From Synechococcus elongatus PCC 6301 (GTDB taxonomy: Bacteria; Cyanobacteriota; Cyanobacteriia; Synechococcales; Synechococcaceae): 32,000 nucleotides of DNA. The notes beneath the pieces are model-generated. The model worked only from the letters and a program-made list of their open reading frames with translations. It did not search any database and was not told where the DNA came from. Location of the stretch: assembly GCF_000010065.1 (NCBI RefSeq), contig NC_006576.1, forward strand, positions 2,460,001 to 2,492,000, read 5' to 3'. Below are positions 1 to 9,307 of this stretch, in pieces. The translations under genes and the position numbers were made by a program. The first letter of the stretch is position 1. Each line of letters opens with the position of its first letter.

Positions 1-1847
1 TCGGCGGTGGCATTGGGCCGGACTTGTCCTCGGGCGATGAGCCCGGAAGCGGCGAATTGGCGCAGCGCCAGCTGTTGCCCATCCCAGCCCCAGTCCAAGT
101 TGGCCTGACCATCGGCCCAACGCTGACCCTGCCAAGCCAGATTAGTCAGGGCTAGGCGACTGTCGGCCTGAACGGTGGTCAGAGACAACGCGTTCAGACT
201 GCCGTTCAGCTGGATTTGACCGCTCGCTTGGCCACCTAGGTCTGCTGTCAGTAGTTGCAGCGGCAGATCTCGGACCTGGACATCACCCTGCCAGCGATCG
301 CCCTGACTGGTGAGCCGGGCTTGAATCGCACCACGACCCGTTTGAACTAGCGCAACGGCCTGCCAATCGGGCTGACGGTTGAGAAAAATCTGGCCGTTGA
401 CGGTTTGCTGCTGGGCGGTGGTTTGCCAGCGAACTTCTGCCTCGGGGCGATCGAGGGTTCCCCGAATCTGACCACTGGCGATTAGGGATCCCAGTTCCAG
501 CTCGGTGGGAACCGCCGCTCCTAAGTTTTGCAACAGCTGTCGGCTGGAGAGACCCCGTAGATCTGCGGTGAAGGCGATCGGTCGGCTGGCTTGGCGTCCG
601 ACGCTGCCCTGAAGTGACAGTTGCCCCTGTTGGGCGATCGTGATCGCTCCTTGTTGAACGCGCAGTTGCTTAGCGTCCAGTTGGTATTGGGCAGTGGCCC
701 GACCGAGGGCGAGGCCCTGCCACGTGGTGCCGGCGGCCGGCGTCAGGACAATCGCGCCCCGAAACGCTTCGCGTGCTTGCTCAATGTTCAGCTGTGCTTG
801 CAGGGGGCCACCCAGTTTGAGCCCTGGCAAAGGCGATCGCGCCGTCGAGCTGCTGGCGGTTGTGGTCAGCTGAATCGTGCCGCCCTGATCGAACGTCCAA
901 TTTCCCTGTCCTTGGATTCGCCAGTCTTGCCAGCGGGCAGTGCCTCGTTGAACCGTAATCTGGCGATCTTGAAACTGCAGCGCTGCCGTCACTTGCTGCA
1001 AACGCACGGGGACTTCTGTTGCCTTGAGGGTTGCCGACTGCAACTGGGCTGAGCCGTTGATGGCCGTCACCTGTTGGTCCCGCAACTGCAGAGAGAGGTT
1101 ACCGCTGGCGGTGCCGGCCTCAGCGATCGCTGGCAACCGCAGCGTTTGGGCTAACAAGCGTTGCACTTCGGGCAGGGCTACCTGCTGACTGCGCAGGCGA
1201 ATTTCGCCATTCCTGCCGCCCTGAATCTCGCCTGCCACCCAGCCACGCTGGCCGGTACTCAATTGAGCCGTGGCTTGAAACCGAGCCCGCTGCTCTTGGG
1301 ACAGTTGCAAATGACCGGCGATCGCACTGAGGCGGATGGGGACCAGCAGTTGATTCTGGGTATTGCGGGGCTGGAGACTGAGTTTTCCGCCCGCAACAAC
1401 TAACTTGAGGTCGGGATATTCACTGATTTGAGCTTGGGTCGGGAAGGTATACCACTGGCCATTGCTGAGTTGCTGCAGACTGGCATCAACGTTTTCCAGA
1501 CGCAGCTGTAAGGGCAGACGACCTTGGAAGAGGCCAGCCCAATCGATCCCGACTGTGGTGGTCTGCCAACTAACAAAACTCGGGCCTGAGACAGTACCAA
1601 GCTGCGATTGCCCTAGGCGCACCCCATCCCAGTTCCAGCCCTCGATATTCCCAAGCTGAATCGGTTGCCCCAAAGCAGCGGTCAACTGCTGCTCAGCCTG
1701 GGGAATCAACCAAGTTTCTGCCAGACGCTGGGGACCACCGAGGCCCACCCAAACGCCGCCCGCTAGCACCAAGCCACCCCCAAGCATCCACCAAGCGCGC
1801 CGCCGCGATGGAGGATTGGGAGCGTGGGGCTCGGGCGAAGCAACCAT
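1..1847 (-). CDS. TamB/DUF490-like translocation and assembly module protein, N-terminal part; gene runs off the left window edge
   Basis: Open minus-strand frame not in the ORF track because it is truncated. Starts MVASPEPHAPNPPSRRRAWWMLGGGLVLAGGVWVGLGG (one TM anchor), continues LAETWLIPQAEQQLTAALGQPIQLGNIEGWNWDGVRLGQSQLG, and still reads WADGQANLDWGWDGQQLALRQFAASGLIARGQVRPNATA near the window edge. Typical TamB repeat-like composition. Confidence 0.8.
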   Translation of the reverse strand, partial: MVASPEPHAPNPPSRRRAWWMLGGGLVLAGGVWVGLGGPQRLAETWLIPQAEQQLTAALGQPIQLGNIEGWNWDGVRLGQSQLGTVSGPSFVSWQTTTVGIDWAGLFQGRLPLQLRLENVDASLQQLSNGQWYTFPTQAQISEYPDLKLVVAGGKLSLQPRNTQNQLLVPIRLSAIAGHLQLSQEQRARFQATAQLSTGQRGWVAGEIQGGRNGEIRLRSQQVALPEVQRLLAQTLRLPAIAEAGTASGNLSLQLRDQQVTAINGSAQLQSATLKATEVPVRLQQVTAALQFQDRQITVQRGTARWQDWRIQGQGNWTFDQGGTIQLTTTASSSTARSPLPGLKLGGPLQAQLNIEQAREAFRGAIVLTPAAGTTWQGLALGRATAQYQLDAKQLRVQQGAITIAQQGQLSLQGSVGRQASRPIAFTADLRGLSSRQLLQNLGAAVPTELELGSLIASGQIRGTLDRPEAEVRWQTTAQQQTVNGQIFLNRQPDWQAVALVQTGRGAIQARLTSQGDRWQGDVQVRDLPLQLLTADLGGQASGQIQLNGSLNALSLTTVQADSRLALTNLAWQGQRWADGQANLDWGWDGQQLALRQFAASGLIARGQVRPNATA

Positions 1848-2321
1848 GGCGTCTTTGGGGCTAGGGCTGGTACGAACGCTAGGCCATTATCTGGCGTCAC
1901 TTTTGACTGTCAACTAGAGATAGAACAGTTTGGGGTGACAGTCTTGCGATCGAGGCCAACCCAGAAGCGCGATCGCCCAGACCCAAGCCAGTGAGAGCTT
2001 GTTCTAAGACTCTATGCAGACTGTTTGAAGTGTGAATTTAATGACTGTTGCACTCCTGGTTGAGTTCCAAATAATTGCAACAATGATTCGATGGTTTGTA
2101 ACAGGGTAACGGTCACGCGAGGTAGCGATCGGCCTATCCATGGCTGCGATTGAACAAGTGACCAGCCCGGCCGGCCATCGCCCATTTCTCACCATTCCTC
2201 AATCGATCGCGCAGGATGACTGCGCCAAGAACCCGTTGCTCGAGGCCCATGGCGTCTTCCCAGCGGCGAGGAACGGAAGCAGGTTAGGATCGAGCACGAC
2301 CTTGCGAAACCCACCGCCGCC

Positions 2322-2804
2322 ATGCAGGCAGGCAATCTGCGCGACCTGTATCAGCAGGTCATCTTGGAGCATTACAAAAAGCCTCGCCACCGAGGGACGA
2401 CCGATCCGATTGACCGACGTCAGCGCGGTCATAATCCCTCCTGCGGCGACACCATTGAGCTGACCCTGAGCTTGGATGAAGCGGGCGATCGCATCGCAGC
2501 GGTCAAATTTGAGGGCGAAGGTTGTGCGATCGCCATGGCCTCAGCTGATTTGATGGCGGGGGCTCTCGTTGGCCGGACAGTGCCCGAAGCCCTAGAAATG
2601 GTCCAGACTTTCCAAGCCATGATGCGCGGGGAGACTGAATTTCCCCATGAGTTGCGCAAGCTCAACGTCATGAAAGGGGTGGCTCAGTTCCCGGTGCGAA
2701 TCAAATGCGCCAACTTGGCCTGGCATACCCTCCGAGCGGCCCTAGATGCGCCGCGTTTGAGCGATTTCGTCAGTACTGAAACCAGTGAGGAAGCGTCGGC
2801 ATGA
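2322..2804 (+). CDS. sufU: SufU/NifU-N-like iron-sulfur scaffold family protein
   Basis: ORF 160 aa; motifs LRDLYQQVILEHYKKPRHRG, NPSCGD, GEGCAIAMASADLM and IRIKCANLAWHTL-like, with the three conserved Cys. Confidence 0.85.
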   Translation: MQAGNLRDLYQQVILEHYKKPRHRGTTDPIDRRQRGHNPSCGDTIELTLSLDEAGDRIAAVKFEGEGCAIAMASADLMAGALVGRTVPEALEMVQTFQAMMRGETEFPHELRKLNVMKGVAQFPVRIKCANLAWHTLRAALDAPRLSDFVSTETSEEASA

Positions 2805-3328
2805 ACAGCGCTGCTACCGATTTCTTTGCGATCGCTGGTTGGCTAGGCTGGGCAACCCTCGCCCTGACGATTTTGACTGTGCTGGCGTTTGTCCTTGGGT
2901 GGGGCTTTCGCTTCCGACTGGTGGGGGTGACCGCCTTCACGATCGTGCTCATTGGCGGCTGCATTGGCTTTGCCCTCGGCTTCAAGCAGCCTGTCAGCAT
3001 TGAAGGTGCTGCTCCTTTTAACGTGGTCTACGACGCTGGGGGCAGTGAGGCCGTGGTTGCCGTTGCCCCGACGATCGCGCCAGAAGCGGTTGAGCCGACC
3101 CTGAAGCAGGCAGCCTTCAACCTCTTTTCACGTGGCCGCTACAGCAGCCAGGGCGAACAACAGCTCCATATCCGCCTGCGTACGATTCTTCATCCCCAGC
3201 CCGGAATCTCTGAGCCGCTCTACCTCGGCGAGGTGAAGCGATCGCTGAATCAACTCGATGACGAGGCGATGCAAATCCTTGTCGATCCCCAGGCGATTGC
3301 TCGCTTGGCCGCTGCCGAAAATGGCTGA
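2801..3328 (+). CDS. ycf51: Ycf51 family (DUF2518) membrane protein
   Basis: 175 aa; N-terminal TM pair GWLGWATLALTILTVLAFVLGWGFRFRLVGVTAFTIVL; ATGA overlap with the upstream gene. Confidence 0.8.
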   Translation: MNSAATDFFAIAGWLGWATLALTILTVLAFVLGWGFRFRLVGVTAFTIVLIGGCIGFALGFKQPVSIEGAAPFNVVYDAGGSEAVVAVAPTIAPEAVEPTLKQAAFNLFSRGRYSSQGEQQLHIRLRTILHPQPGISEPLYLGEVKRSLNQLDDEAMQILVDPQAIARLAAAENG

Positions 3329-3743
3329 GTCGGTGCCGGCTCAGGGGTGGCCGCTGACGCAGCTCCCAGGGCTGAGCAATGGCGATCGCCAACAACTGGC
3401 AGCGCACGGCATTCACTTCAGCCTGGACTTACTCAAGCTGCGATCGGAAGCGGCGCAACTGGACTTAGCTCAGCAGCTGCGACAGCCCGTCCAGCGGGTG
3501 CGCAAATGGCAAGCTTTGGCACAGCTTTCGCATCTGCCCTCGGTCAACCATCGTTGGTGTGGCGTGCTGCTGCACACGGGCATCAGTAGCCCGCAAATGC
3601 TGGCGCTTCAGAGTCCGCCCCAATTGCATCAACGCCTGCATCGTCTCCAGCGATCGCTATTGGGCGATCGCAGTCCAGCCCCGACCCTTGGGCAAGTCGA
3701 TCGCTGGATTCGCGAAGCCCAACAGTTTTTGCAACGGCGCTAG
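3321..3743 (+). CDS. DUF4332-like helix-hairpin-helix type protein
   Basis: Internal start MAESVPAQGWPLTQLPGLSNGDRQQLAAHGIHFSLDLL of ORF 3258..3743, overlapping the ycf51 stop by 8 nt; helical hairpin pattern (LPGLSNGDRQQLAAHGI). Confidence 0.6.
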   Translation: MAESVPAQGWPLTQLPGLSNGDRQQLAAHGIHFSLDLLKLRSEAAQLDLAQQLRQPVQRVRKWQALAQLSHLPSVNHRWCGVLLHTGISSPQMLALQSPPQLHQRLHRLQRSLLGDRSPAPTLGQVDRWIREAQQFLQRR

Positions 3744-4567
3744 GCTAAGGGCTCGTTTGCCATGCGGTCGAGGTGCTCGGCGATTTTTTGAACCCCGCGA
3801 TTGATCCGGCGGGTAATCGTCATCGGACTGATACCAAATTGCTGGGCCGCTTCTTTGCGGGTTAGCCCGCGCAGGTAAACAGATTCGATCGCTGTTCTGG
3901 CTTTTTCTTCCAGTTGGCCGATCGCTTCCACCAGCTGTTGACGCTCTTCAAGGGCGGCCTGCTGCCACTGCTGGCTGGTATCGGGCAGGGTTTCCACCAA
4001 GGTGACGGAAGAATCACCGGCTTGACTGAGCGTGGCATCCAGACTCATCGGCATCCGATTACGGCGAGCGAGGTGAATTTCTTGCCATTCCGTCATTGAC
4101 AGATTGAGAGCAAAAGCCAGCTCTTGTTCCGTTGGGGCTCGTCCCCATTCATGGCGCAGGACCTCCCGCAATTGCTGTCCTTGACGCTGCAGTTCTTGCC
4201 AGCGGCGCGGAATCCGAATGCTATGACAACTGTCGCGTAAAAAATGAAGAATTTCGCCGCGTATATAGGGCACTGCAAAGGAACTAAATGCACACCCTTG
4301 ATGAGGCTGAAATCGCTCGATCGCTCGAATTAATCCCATGAAACCAATCTGTTCCAGATCTTCATAGGGTTCAGAGCATTGCCGGCTTAATCGGTGGGCA
4401 ATTTTGCGGACCAGCCCTAGATTGAGCTGAACAATCTGGTTGCGGAGGGCAATGCTGGGAGTCTCAGCGTAGGCGACCAGCAATTCCATCCCTCGGGTTC
4501 GTAACGCTGCTTGGTTCACCACTATCAGGCCTCCGAGGACTGTGTGAGGCAAAGAGAACTTGGGCAT
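3740..4567 (-). CDS. sigF: Group 3 RNA polymerase sigma factor, SigF type
   Basis: 275 aa; LRNQIVQLNLGLVRKIAHRLSRQCSEPYEDLEQIGFMGLIRAIERFQPHQGCAFSSFAVPYIRGEILHFLRD (region 2) and LTRKEAAQQFGISPMTITRRINRGVQKI (region 4). Alternative start MELLVAYAETPS at 4489. Confidence 0.95.
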   Translation of the reverse strand: MPKFSLPHTVLGGLIVVNQAALRTRGMELLVAYAETPSIALRNQIVQLNLGLVRKIAHRLSRQCSEPYEDLEQIGFMGLIRAIERFQPHQGCAFSSFAVPYIRGEILHFLRDSCHSIRIPRRWQELQRQGQQLREVLRHEWGRAPTEQELAFALNLSMTEWQEIHLARRNRMPMSLDATLSQAGDSSVTLVETLPDTSQQWQQAALEERQQLVEAIGQLEEKARTAIESVYLRGLTRKEAAQQFGISPMTITRRINRGVQKIAEHLDRMANEPLA

Positions 4568-4880
4568 CCTAAACAGGGAGTTTGCTGTCGCTCTCTTTTC
4601 CCACCGTACGAAGGGGACTAGAGGAGTGCTATGAACTGCAATAATCCTTGATACTCCCTCGATATTCGTGACTCAAAAGCGTTGCTAAAGCTGAAATTTT
4701 GGGCCGTTATCGCGATCTTCGGTTAATCAGAACATGCTCTCGCAACAATGAAGAAATGTTGCGGCACTTTGAGCATGACCAAGGTCAACGCCCCTTGATC
4801 AATCACCTGATCCGCTGACCATTGAGTTCTGCTAGTTCAGCCCGCCCATTGGCAACGCCAATCTGGAAAACGATGGGTTT

Positions 4881-7748
4881 CTAGGGCTGGTCAGGGTTGA
4901 GGACAGCGGACTGCTCGGTCGTCAACACCGGTTGTTCAAGCGGCGTCAGGGCGGGTGTTGAGTCTGGAAACAGTTTTTGCAGGCTTTCGAGGAGGCTGGG
5001 AGTCATCACAATGCGATCTTGGTAGGCCGTAATGACGCGGGTGAGCGCTGGCAAGCTATTGCGCGAGGCTTCTAAGTAGAGTGGCTCAACGTAGAGCAGC
5101 GCTTGGTCAATGGGAATAACCAGCAAGTTGCCTTCGGCAGCGCGGGAGCCTTCGCGGTTCCAGAGCGTAATTTGCTCAGAAATCTGAGGATCTTGGTTGA
5201 TGCGAGCCGTGATTTGCTCGGGACCAAAAATGAGGCGCTGGCGCGGAAATTCGTAGAGCAAGAGGCGACCGTATTCCTCGCCGTCTGATCGCCCCGCCAG
5301 CCAAGCAATCATATTGTTACGCCCCAATGGTGTGAAGGGCGTCAGGATCAGGAACTCTTCGCTCGCAGCGGTCGGTAAGCGCGTAATTAAGTAGTAGGGC
5401 TGAACGGTTGCCGTCTCGCCAGCGTAGATTTCGCGTGGGTAGGCCCACTGGTCATCGCGGTTGTAGAAAACCTGTGGATCGAGTACGTGGTAGGTCAGCA
5501 GTTGCGACGACTGAGCCTTGAAGAGGTCTGTGGGATAGCGCAAATGCGATCGCAGTACTGGCGCCATCGCATCAATCGGCTGGAACAGCGACGGGAAGAG
5601 TCTGGACCAGGTTTGAATCAGTGGATCCTTGGGGTCAACGATATAGAACTGGACGCTGCCGTTGTAGGCATCGATGATCACTTTGACTGAGTTGCGGATG
5701 TAGTTGAAGGGTTGCTCGCCCGGATCAGCGTAGGGATAGCGATCGCTAACGGTGTAGGCGTCCAAAATCCAAAATAGGGAACTGCGCCCCAAGCCCGAGG
5801 CCTCAGCTGTGTCGGCGTTGACAGAGACCAGGTAGGGCTCCGCGTCGTAGCGCAAAAATGGTGCGATCGCTCGGACGCGGTCTTCAATTTGGCGGCGGAA
5901 CAGGACGCGAGTCTGGGCGGTTAAATCTCCGGAAAAGGGAAGGCGCCAGTCCCGTAGATACAAGGAAAAGAGCAGTCGCTGCGCATAGTTGCCCAGTGTG
6001 ACGCCACCCTTGCCGTCGTAGATGTTGTAGACGTTATCGTTGCCGCTGGGATAGTCCAGCTCTTGGGTGCGACTGGGCGTGAAAACGTAATTGCGGGTGA
6101 GCTGGCCGTAGTAAATGCGCGGGTTTTCAGTCGATATCGCAGCTTTGACAGCTTCGGTGCTGATTCCCAAGCTGGCGTCGCCAATGATGCGGGTGTTGGC
6201 CCCGATGTCCTTGACGAAGTAGCGAGGCAACCCATCGGGAGCGCTGCTGTTGACTGGGCTAAGGGTGAAGCCATAGCCATGGGTGTAGACCAGGTGTTCA
6301 TTGACCCAGGTTTTGGCGGCGGCGGGAATGGCGGTGTAGTCCAGCTCGCGTGCTGCAATAATCACTTGCTGCAGAGCATCCCCAAAGCTGGTCTGAAGGC
6401 GATAGCGATCGATTTGGGCGCTGGGGAAGCTGTAGTAGAGGCGGATTTGCTGCAACTGCCGATTGCTCTGCAGGAGCGGCCGCGTATCCCAAAGGCGAAT
6501 ATTCTGAACAGTTTCGCGATTAGCCGCCAGGACGGCGCGGTTGAGGCTGGGCTGGGGGTCAAACGTGCGCGTTTCAATTTGATCGAGGCCAAAAGCTCGG
6601 CGGGTAAACAGAATGGCCTGCTTCAGATAAGGCAGCTCGCGAGCAATTTCGTTGGGTTGCACCACCAGTTGCTGCACGATCGCGGGTAGGGTCACCCAGA
6701 TCAGGACGCTGGCGATCGCTGCTAGTTGAAAGTTGCGAATCCAGCGCTGAGGCAGAAGCCCCCGCCGACTTTGCCAGAACAGGGCGATCGCGGCGATGCC
6801 AAACAGAATCATCCAAACCTGTAGCAGCGGTAGTTTGACCCAGCGATCGGTGAAGCCGATGCCATAGACCGCCCCCAATTCGGAAAACAGCAACTGCCGT
6901 TGGGCCAGCCAGCAATGTCCTGCTAGGAACAGGGCGATCGCGATCGCCAATCGCACTAGATGGCGCTGTTGACTAGGGGCAAAGCCGCGAAACTCAGCGT
7001 TGCTGACACTCTGCTTGGCGAGGTAATAGACAGCCAGAACCGCGCAAAAACTAAAGGCCAGCCCAATCCAGAGGTCAAACTGCAGCACCTCTAGGGCTGG
7101 TAGTCGAAACAGATAAAAGGCAAGATCCTGCTGGAAAATCGGATCGCGATCGCTGACGCTTTCGGCGGCAAAAGCGGGCCAAATGCGCAGCCATTCCCGC
7201 GAGGTCAACAGGGCGATCGCCAGACTGGTCAGGCTTGATAAGCCGATCAGGAGGGGCCAAGGTCGCCAGAGAAAGAGGACTAAGCTACCCACGCCTAGGA
7301 GCAACCCCATCCCTAGAGGCCAAGACCCTGCTGTGATCAGTGAGGATTGCAGCCAGTCCAGCGTCAGGATTTGCGGCAGGAATGGCAGCGCGCGGCCAGT
7401 CTGACAGTTCCAAGCGGCAAGGATGGCTTGGGTCGTCAAGGCTAGTAGGGCAATCCAGAGTAGCGTTAAGACCGTGAGCAGACCGCCCAACTGCAGGCGA
7501 GGTGCCGGGCGATCGGGTTGATCTGTTTGATGGCGCGCCGCCCAGCGCAAGTTCCCGCCAATCAGTCCTGTGATCGCAATGCCTACAACGCTGAACAGCA
7601 GCGCTTGTACCGCTAGTCGCCGCAAAAACACAGTCGGGATGCCTAGGGCTGTAAACCACAGGGTTTCAATGTGGATGCGTGTCAGCAAGCTCAGTCCTAG
7701 GGCGATCGCCGCGATCGCAAGTCCCCAGCGGCTTAAGTGGCGAGGCAT
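4881..7748 (-). CDS. UPF0182 / COG1615 family large membrane protein
   Basis: 955 aa; multiple N-terminal TM segments, long extracytoplasmic domain with NDQWAYPREIYAGETATVQPYYLITRLP and EEFLILTPFTPLGRNNMIAWLAGRSDGEEYGRLLLYEFPRQRLIFGPEQITARINQDPQISEQITLWNREGS. Confidence 0.95.
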   Translation of the reverse strand: MPRHLSRWGLAIAAIALGLSLLTRIHIETLWFTALGIPTVFLRRLAVQALLFSVVGIAITGLIGGNLRWAARHQTDQPDRPAPRLQLGGLLTVLTLLWIALLALTTQAILAAWNCQTGRALPFLPQILTLDWLQSSLITAGSWPLGMGLLLGVGSLVLFLWRPWPLLIGLSSLTSLAIALLTSREWLRIWPAFAAESVSDRDPIFQQDLAFYLFRLPALEVLQFDLWIGLAFSFCAVLAVYYLAKQSVSNAEFRGFAPSQQRHLVRLAIAIALFLAGHCWLAQRQLLFSELGAVYGIGFTDRWVKLPLLQVWMILFGIAAIALFWQSRRGLLPQRWIRNFQLAAIASVLIWVTLPAIVQQLVVQPNEIARELPYLKQAILFTRRAFGLDQIETRTFDPQPSLNRAVLAANRETVQNIRLWDTRPLLQSNRQLQQIRLYYSFPSAQIDRYRLQTSFGDALQQVIIAARELDYTAIPAAAKTWVNEHLVYTHGYGFTLSPVNSSAPDGLPRYFVKDIGANTRIIGDASLGISTEAVKAAISTENPRIYYGQLTRNYVFTPSRTQELDYPSGNDNVYNIYDGKGGVTLGNYAQRLLFSLYLRDWRLPFSGDLTAQTRVLFRRQIEDRVRAIAPFLRYDAEPYLVSVNADTAEASGLGRSSLFWILDAYTVSDRYPYADPGEQPFNYIRNSVKVIIDAYNGSVQFYIVDPKDPLIQTWSRLFPSLFQPIDAMAPVLRSHLRYPTDLFKAQSSQLLTYHVLDPQVFYNRDDQWAYPREIYAGETATVQPYYLITRLPTAASEEFLILTPFTPLGRNNMIAWLAGRSDGEEYGRLLLYEFPRQRLIFGPEQITARINQDPQISEQITLWNREGSRAAEGNLLVIPIDQALLYVEPLYLEASRNSLPALTRVITAYQDRIVMTPSLLESLQKLFPDSTPALTPLEQPVLTTEQSAVLNPDQP

Positions 7749-7834
7749 GGACCAACCCAGTCAACGCACCGATCTTAGCCGTCGATCTGTTTCTGACTGC
7801 CTTGAAAATTGCTGGGTATTTCCCCCATCTCGAC

Positions 7835-7863
7835 AAACACAGACTGTTTTAGTCTGTGTTTTT
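7835..7863 (+). terminator. Perfect 10-bp hairpin with following T run upstream of thrC (terminator or leader attenuator)
   Basis: AAACACAGAC (7835-7844), loop TGTTTTA, GTCTGTGTTT (7852-7861) then TT. Confidence 0.55.
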
Positions 7864-7929
7864 GAAGCAAAATCTGTAACCGTGCTAACATCCGTGTCAT
7901 TGCAGCACCCGCCGTTTCGGCAGTGATCC

Positions 7930-9222
7930 ATGACCCAAACGACACTCAGCACCAGCACCGTGAAGGCACTCAAGTGTAAAGAGTGCGGTCATGAGTATGA
8001 CCTGGGTGCCAAGCACGTTTGTGAAGATGTCTGTTTCGGCCCGCTGGAAGTGGTCTATGACTACGACGCCATTCGCCAACGCGTCAGTCGCGCCACCATT
8101 GAAGCGGGCCCTAACTCAATTTGGCGCTATCGTCACTTCCTGCCTGTTACTGGCGAAGACGTCATTGACGTTGGCACCGGCATGACCCCTTTGGTTGAAG
8201 CCAAACGCTTGGCTCGCCGCTTGGGTCTGAAAAAGCTTTTCATCAAAAACGATGCGGTCAACATGCCGACCTTGAGCTTCAAGGATCGGGTCGTTTCCGT
8301 GGCGCTGACCCGTGCGCGTGAGCTTGGCTTCAGCACTGTTTCCTGCGCTAGCACCGGCAACCTCGCTAACTCAACGGCCGCGATCGCGGCTCATGCCGGT
8401 CTGGACTGCTGCGTCTTCATTCCTGCTGATCTGGAAGCCGGTAAAGTCCTCGGCACCTTGATCTATAACCCGACCTTGATGGCGGTCAAAGGCAACTACG
8501 ACCAAGTCAACCGCCTCTGCTCCGAAGTCGCTAACACCCACGGCTGGGGCTTCGTCAACATCAACCTGCGCCCCTACTACTCGGAAGGCTCGAAAACGCT
8601 GGGCTACGAAGTGGCTGAGCAACTGGGCTGGCAACTGCCGGATCACATTGTGGCGCCGCTGGCTTCGGGCTCGCTGTTCACCAAAATCTACAAAGGCTTC
8701 CGCGAATTCGTCGATGTCGGTCTTGTCGATGACAAAGCCGTGCGCTTCAGCGGTGCTCAAGCCGAAGGTTGCTCGCCGATCGCCAAAGCTTTCCATGAAG
8801 GTCGCGACTTTATCGCCCCTGAAAAACCCAACACGATCGCTAAATCGATCGCGATCGGCAACCCTGCTGACGGCATCTATGCGGTTGAAATTGCTCGCAA
8901 AACCGGCGGCAACATCGAAGCAGTCAATGACACCGAGATCATCGAAGGCATCAAGCTACTGGCCGAGACCGAAGGCATCTTTACCGAAACTGCTGGCGGT
9001 ACCACCGTCGCTGTGCTCAAGAAATTGGTGGAAGCAGGCAAAATCAATCCTGATGAAACCACGGTGGTCTACATCACCGGCAACGGTCTGAAGACCCAAG
9101 AAGCCGTTCAGGGCTACATTGCTGAGCCGTTCACGATTGAGCCGAAACTGGAAAGCTTCGAGCATGCGCTAGAGCGCTCTCGGACCCTCGATCGCTTGGA
9201 ATGGCAGCAAGTGCTGATCTAG
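7930..9222 (+). CDS. thrC: Threonine synthase
   Basis: 430 aa; N-terminal CKECGHEYDLGAKHVCEDVCFGPLEVVYDYD, PLP site SFKDRVVSVALTRARELG, ASTGNLANSTAAIAAHAG, VYITGNGLKT. Confidence 0.97.
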   Translation: MTQTTLSTSTVKALKCKECGHEYDLGAKHVCEDVCFGPLEVVYDYDAIRQRVSRATIEAGPNSIWRYRHFLPVTGEDVIDVGTGMTPLVEAKRLARRLGLKKLFIKNDAVNMPTLSFKDRVVSVALTRARELGFSTVSCASTGNLANSTAAIAAHAGLDCCVFIPADLEAGKVLGTLIYNPTLMAVKGNYDQVNRLCSEVANTHGWGFVNINLRPYYSEGSKTLGYEVAEQLGWQLPDHIVAPLASGSLFTKIYKGFREFVDVGLVDDKAVRFSGAQAEGCSPIAKAFHEGRDFIAPEKPNTIAKSIAIGNPADGIYAVEIARKTGGNIEAVNDTEIIEGIKLLAETEGIFTETAGGTTVAVLKKLVEAGKINPDETTVVYITGNGLKTQEAVQGYIAEPFTIEPKLESFEHALERSRTLDRLEWQQVLI

Positions 9223-9250
9223 GCGATCGCCTTTTACTGATACAAATGAG

Positions 9251-9270
9251 CGGCAGCTGTGAGGCTGCCG
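9251..9270 (+). terminator. Short inverted repeat in thrC-moaD intergenic (weak terminator/processing hairpin)
   Basis: CGGCAGC TGTGAG GCTGCCG, followed by TTTC. Confidence 0.35.
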
Positions 9271-9307
9271 TTTCGCTGAGTTCCCTTCTTTGACTTCTGC
9301 AAGTTCC

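Noticed and set aside
2140-2463. Plus ORF MAAIEQVTSPAGHRP... overlapping the SufU-like start, and minus ORF 2199..2432
   Set aside because: Overlap the strongly recognisable SufU-like frame and show no family signal; low-complexity out-of-frame translation.
5921-6689. Minus ORF 5921..6358 and plus ORF 6063..6689 inside UPF0182
   Set aside because: Fully contained in the 955-aa UPF0182 gene; arise from GC-rich codon bias with few stops in alternate frames.
7861-7960. Possible NtcA-like box GTAACCGTGCTAAC upstream of thrC
   Set aside because: Departs from GTAN8TAC and has no properly spaced -10 that I can defend.
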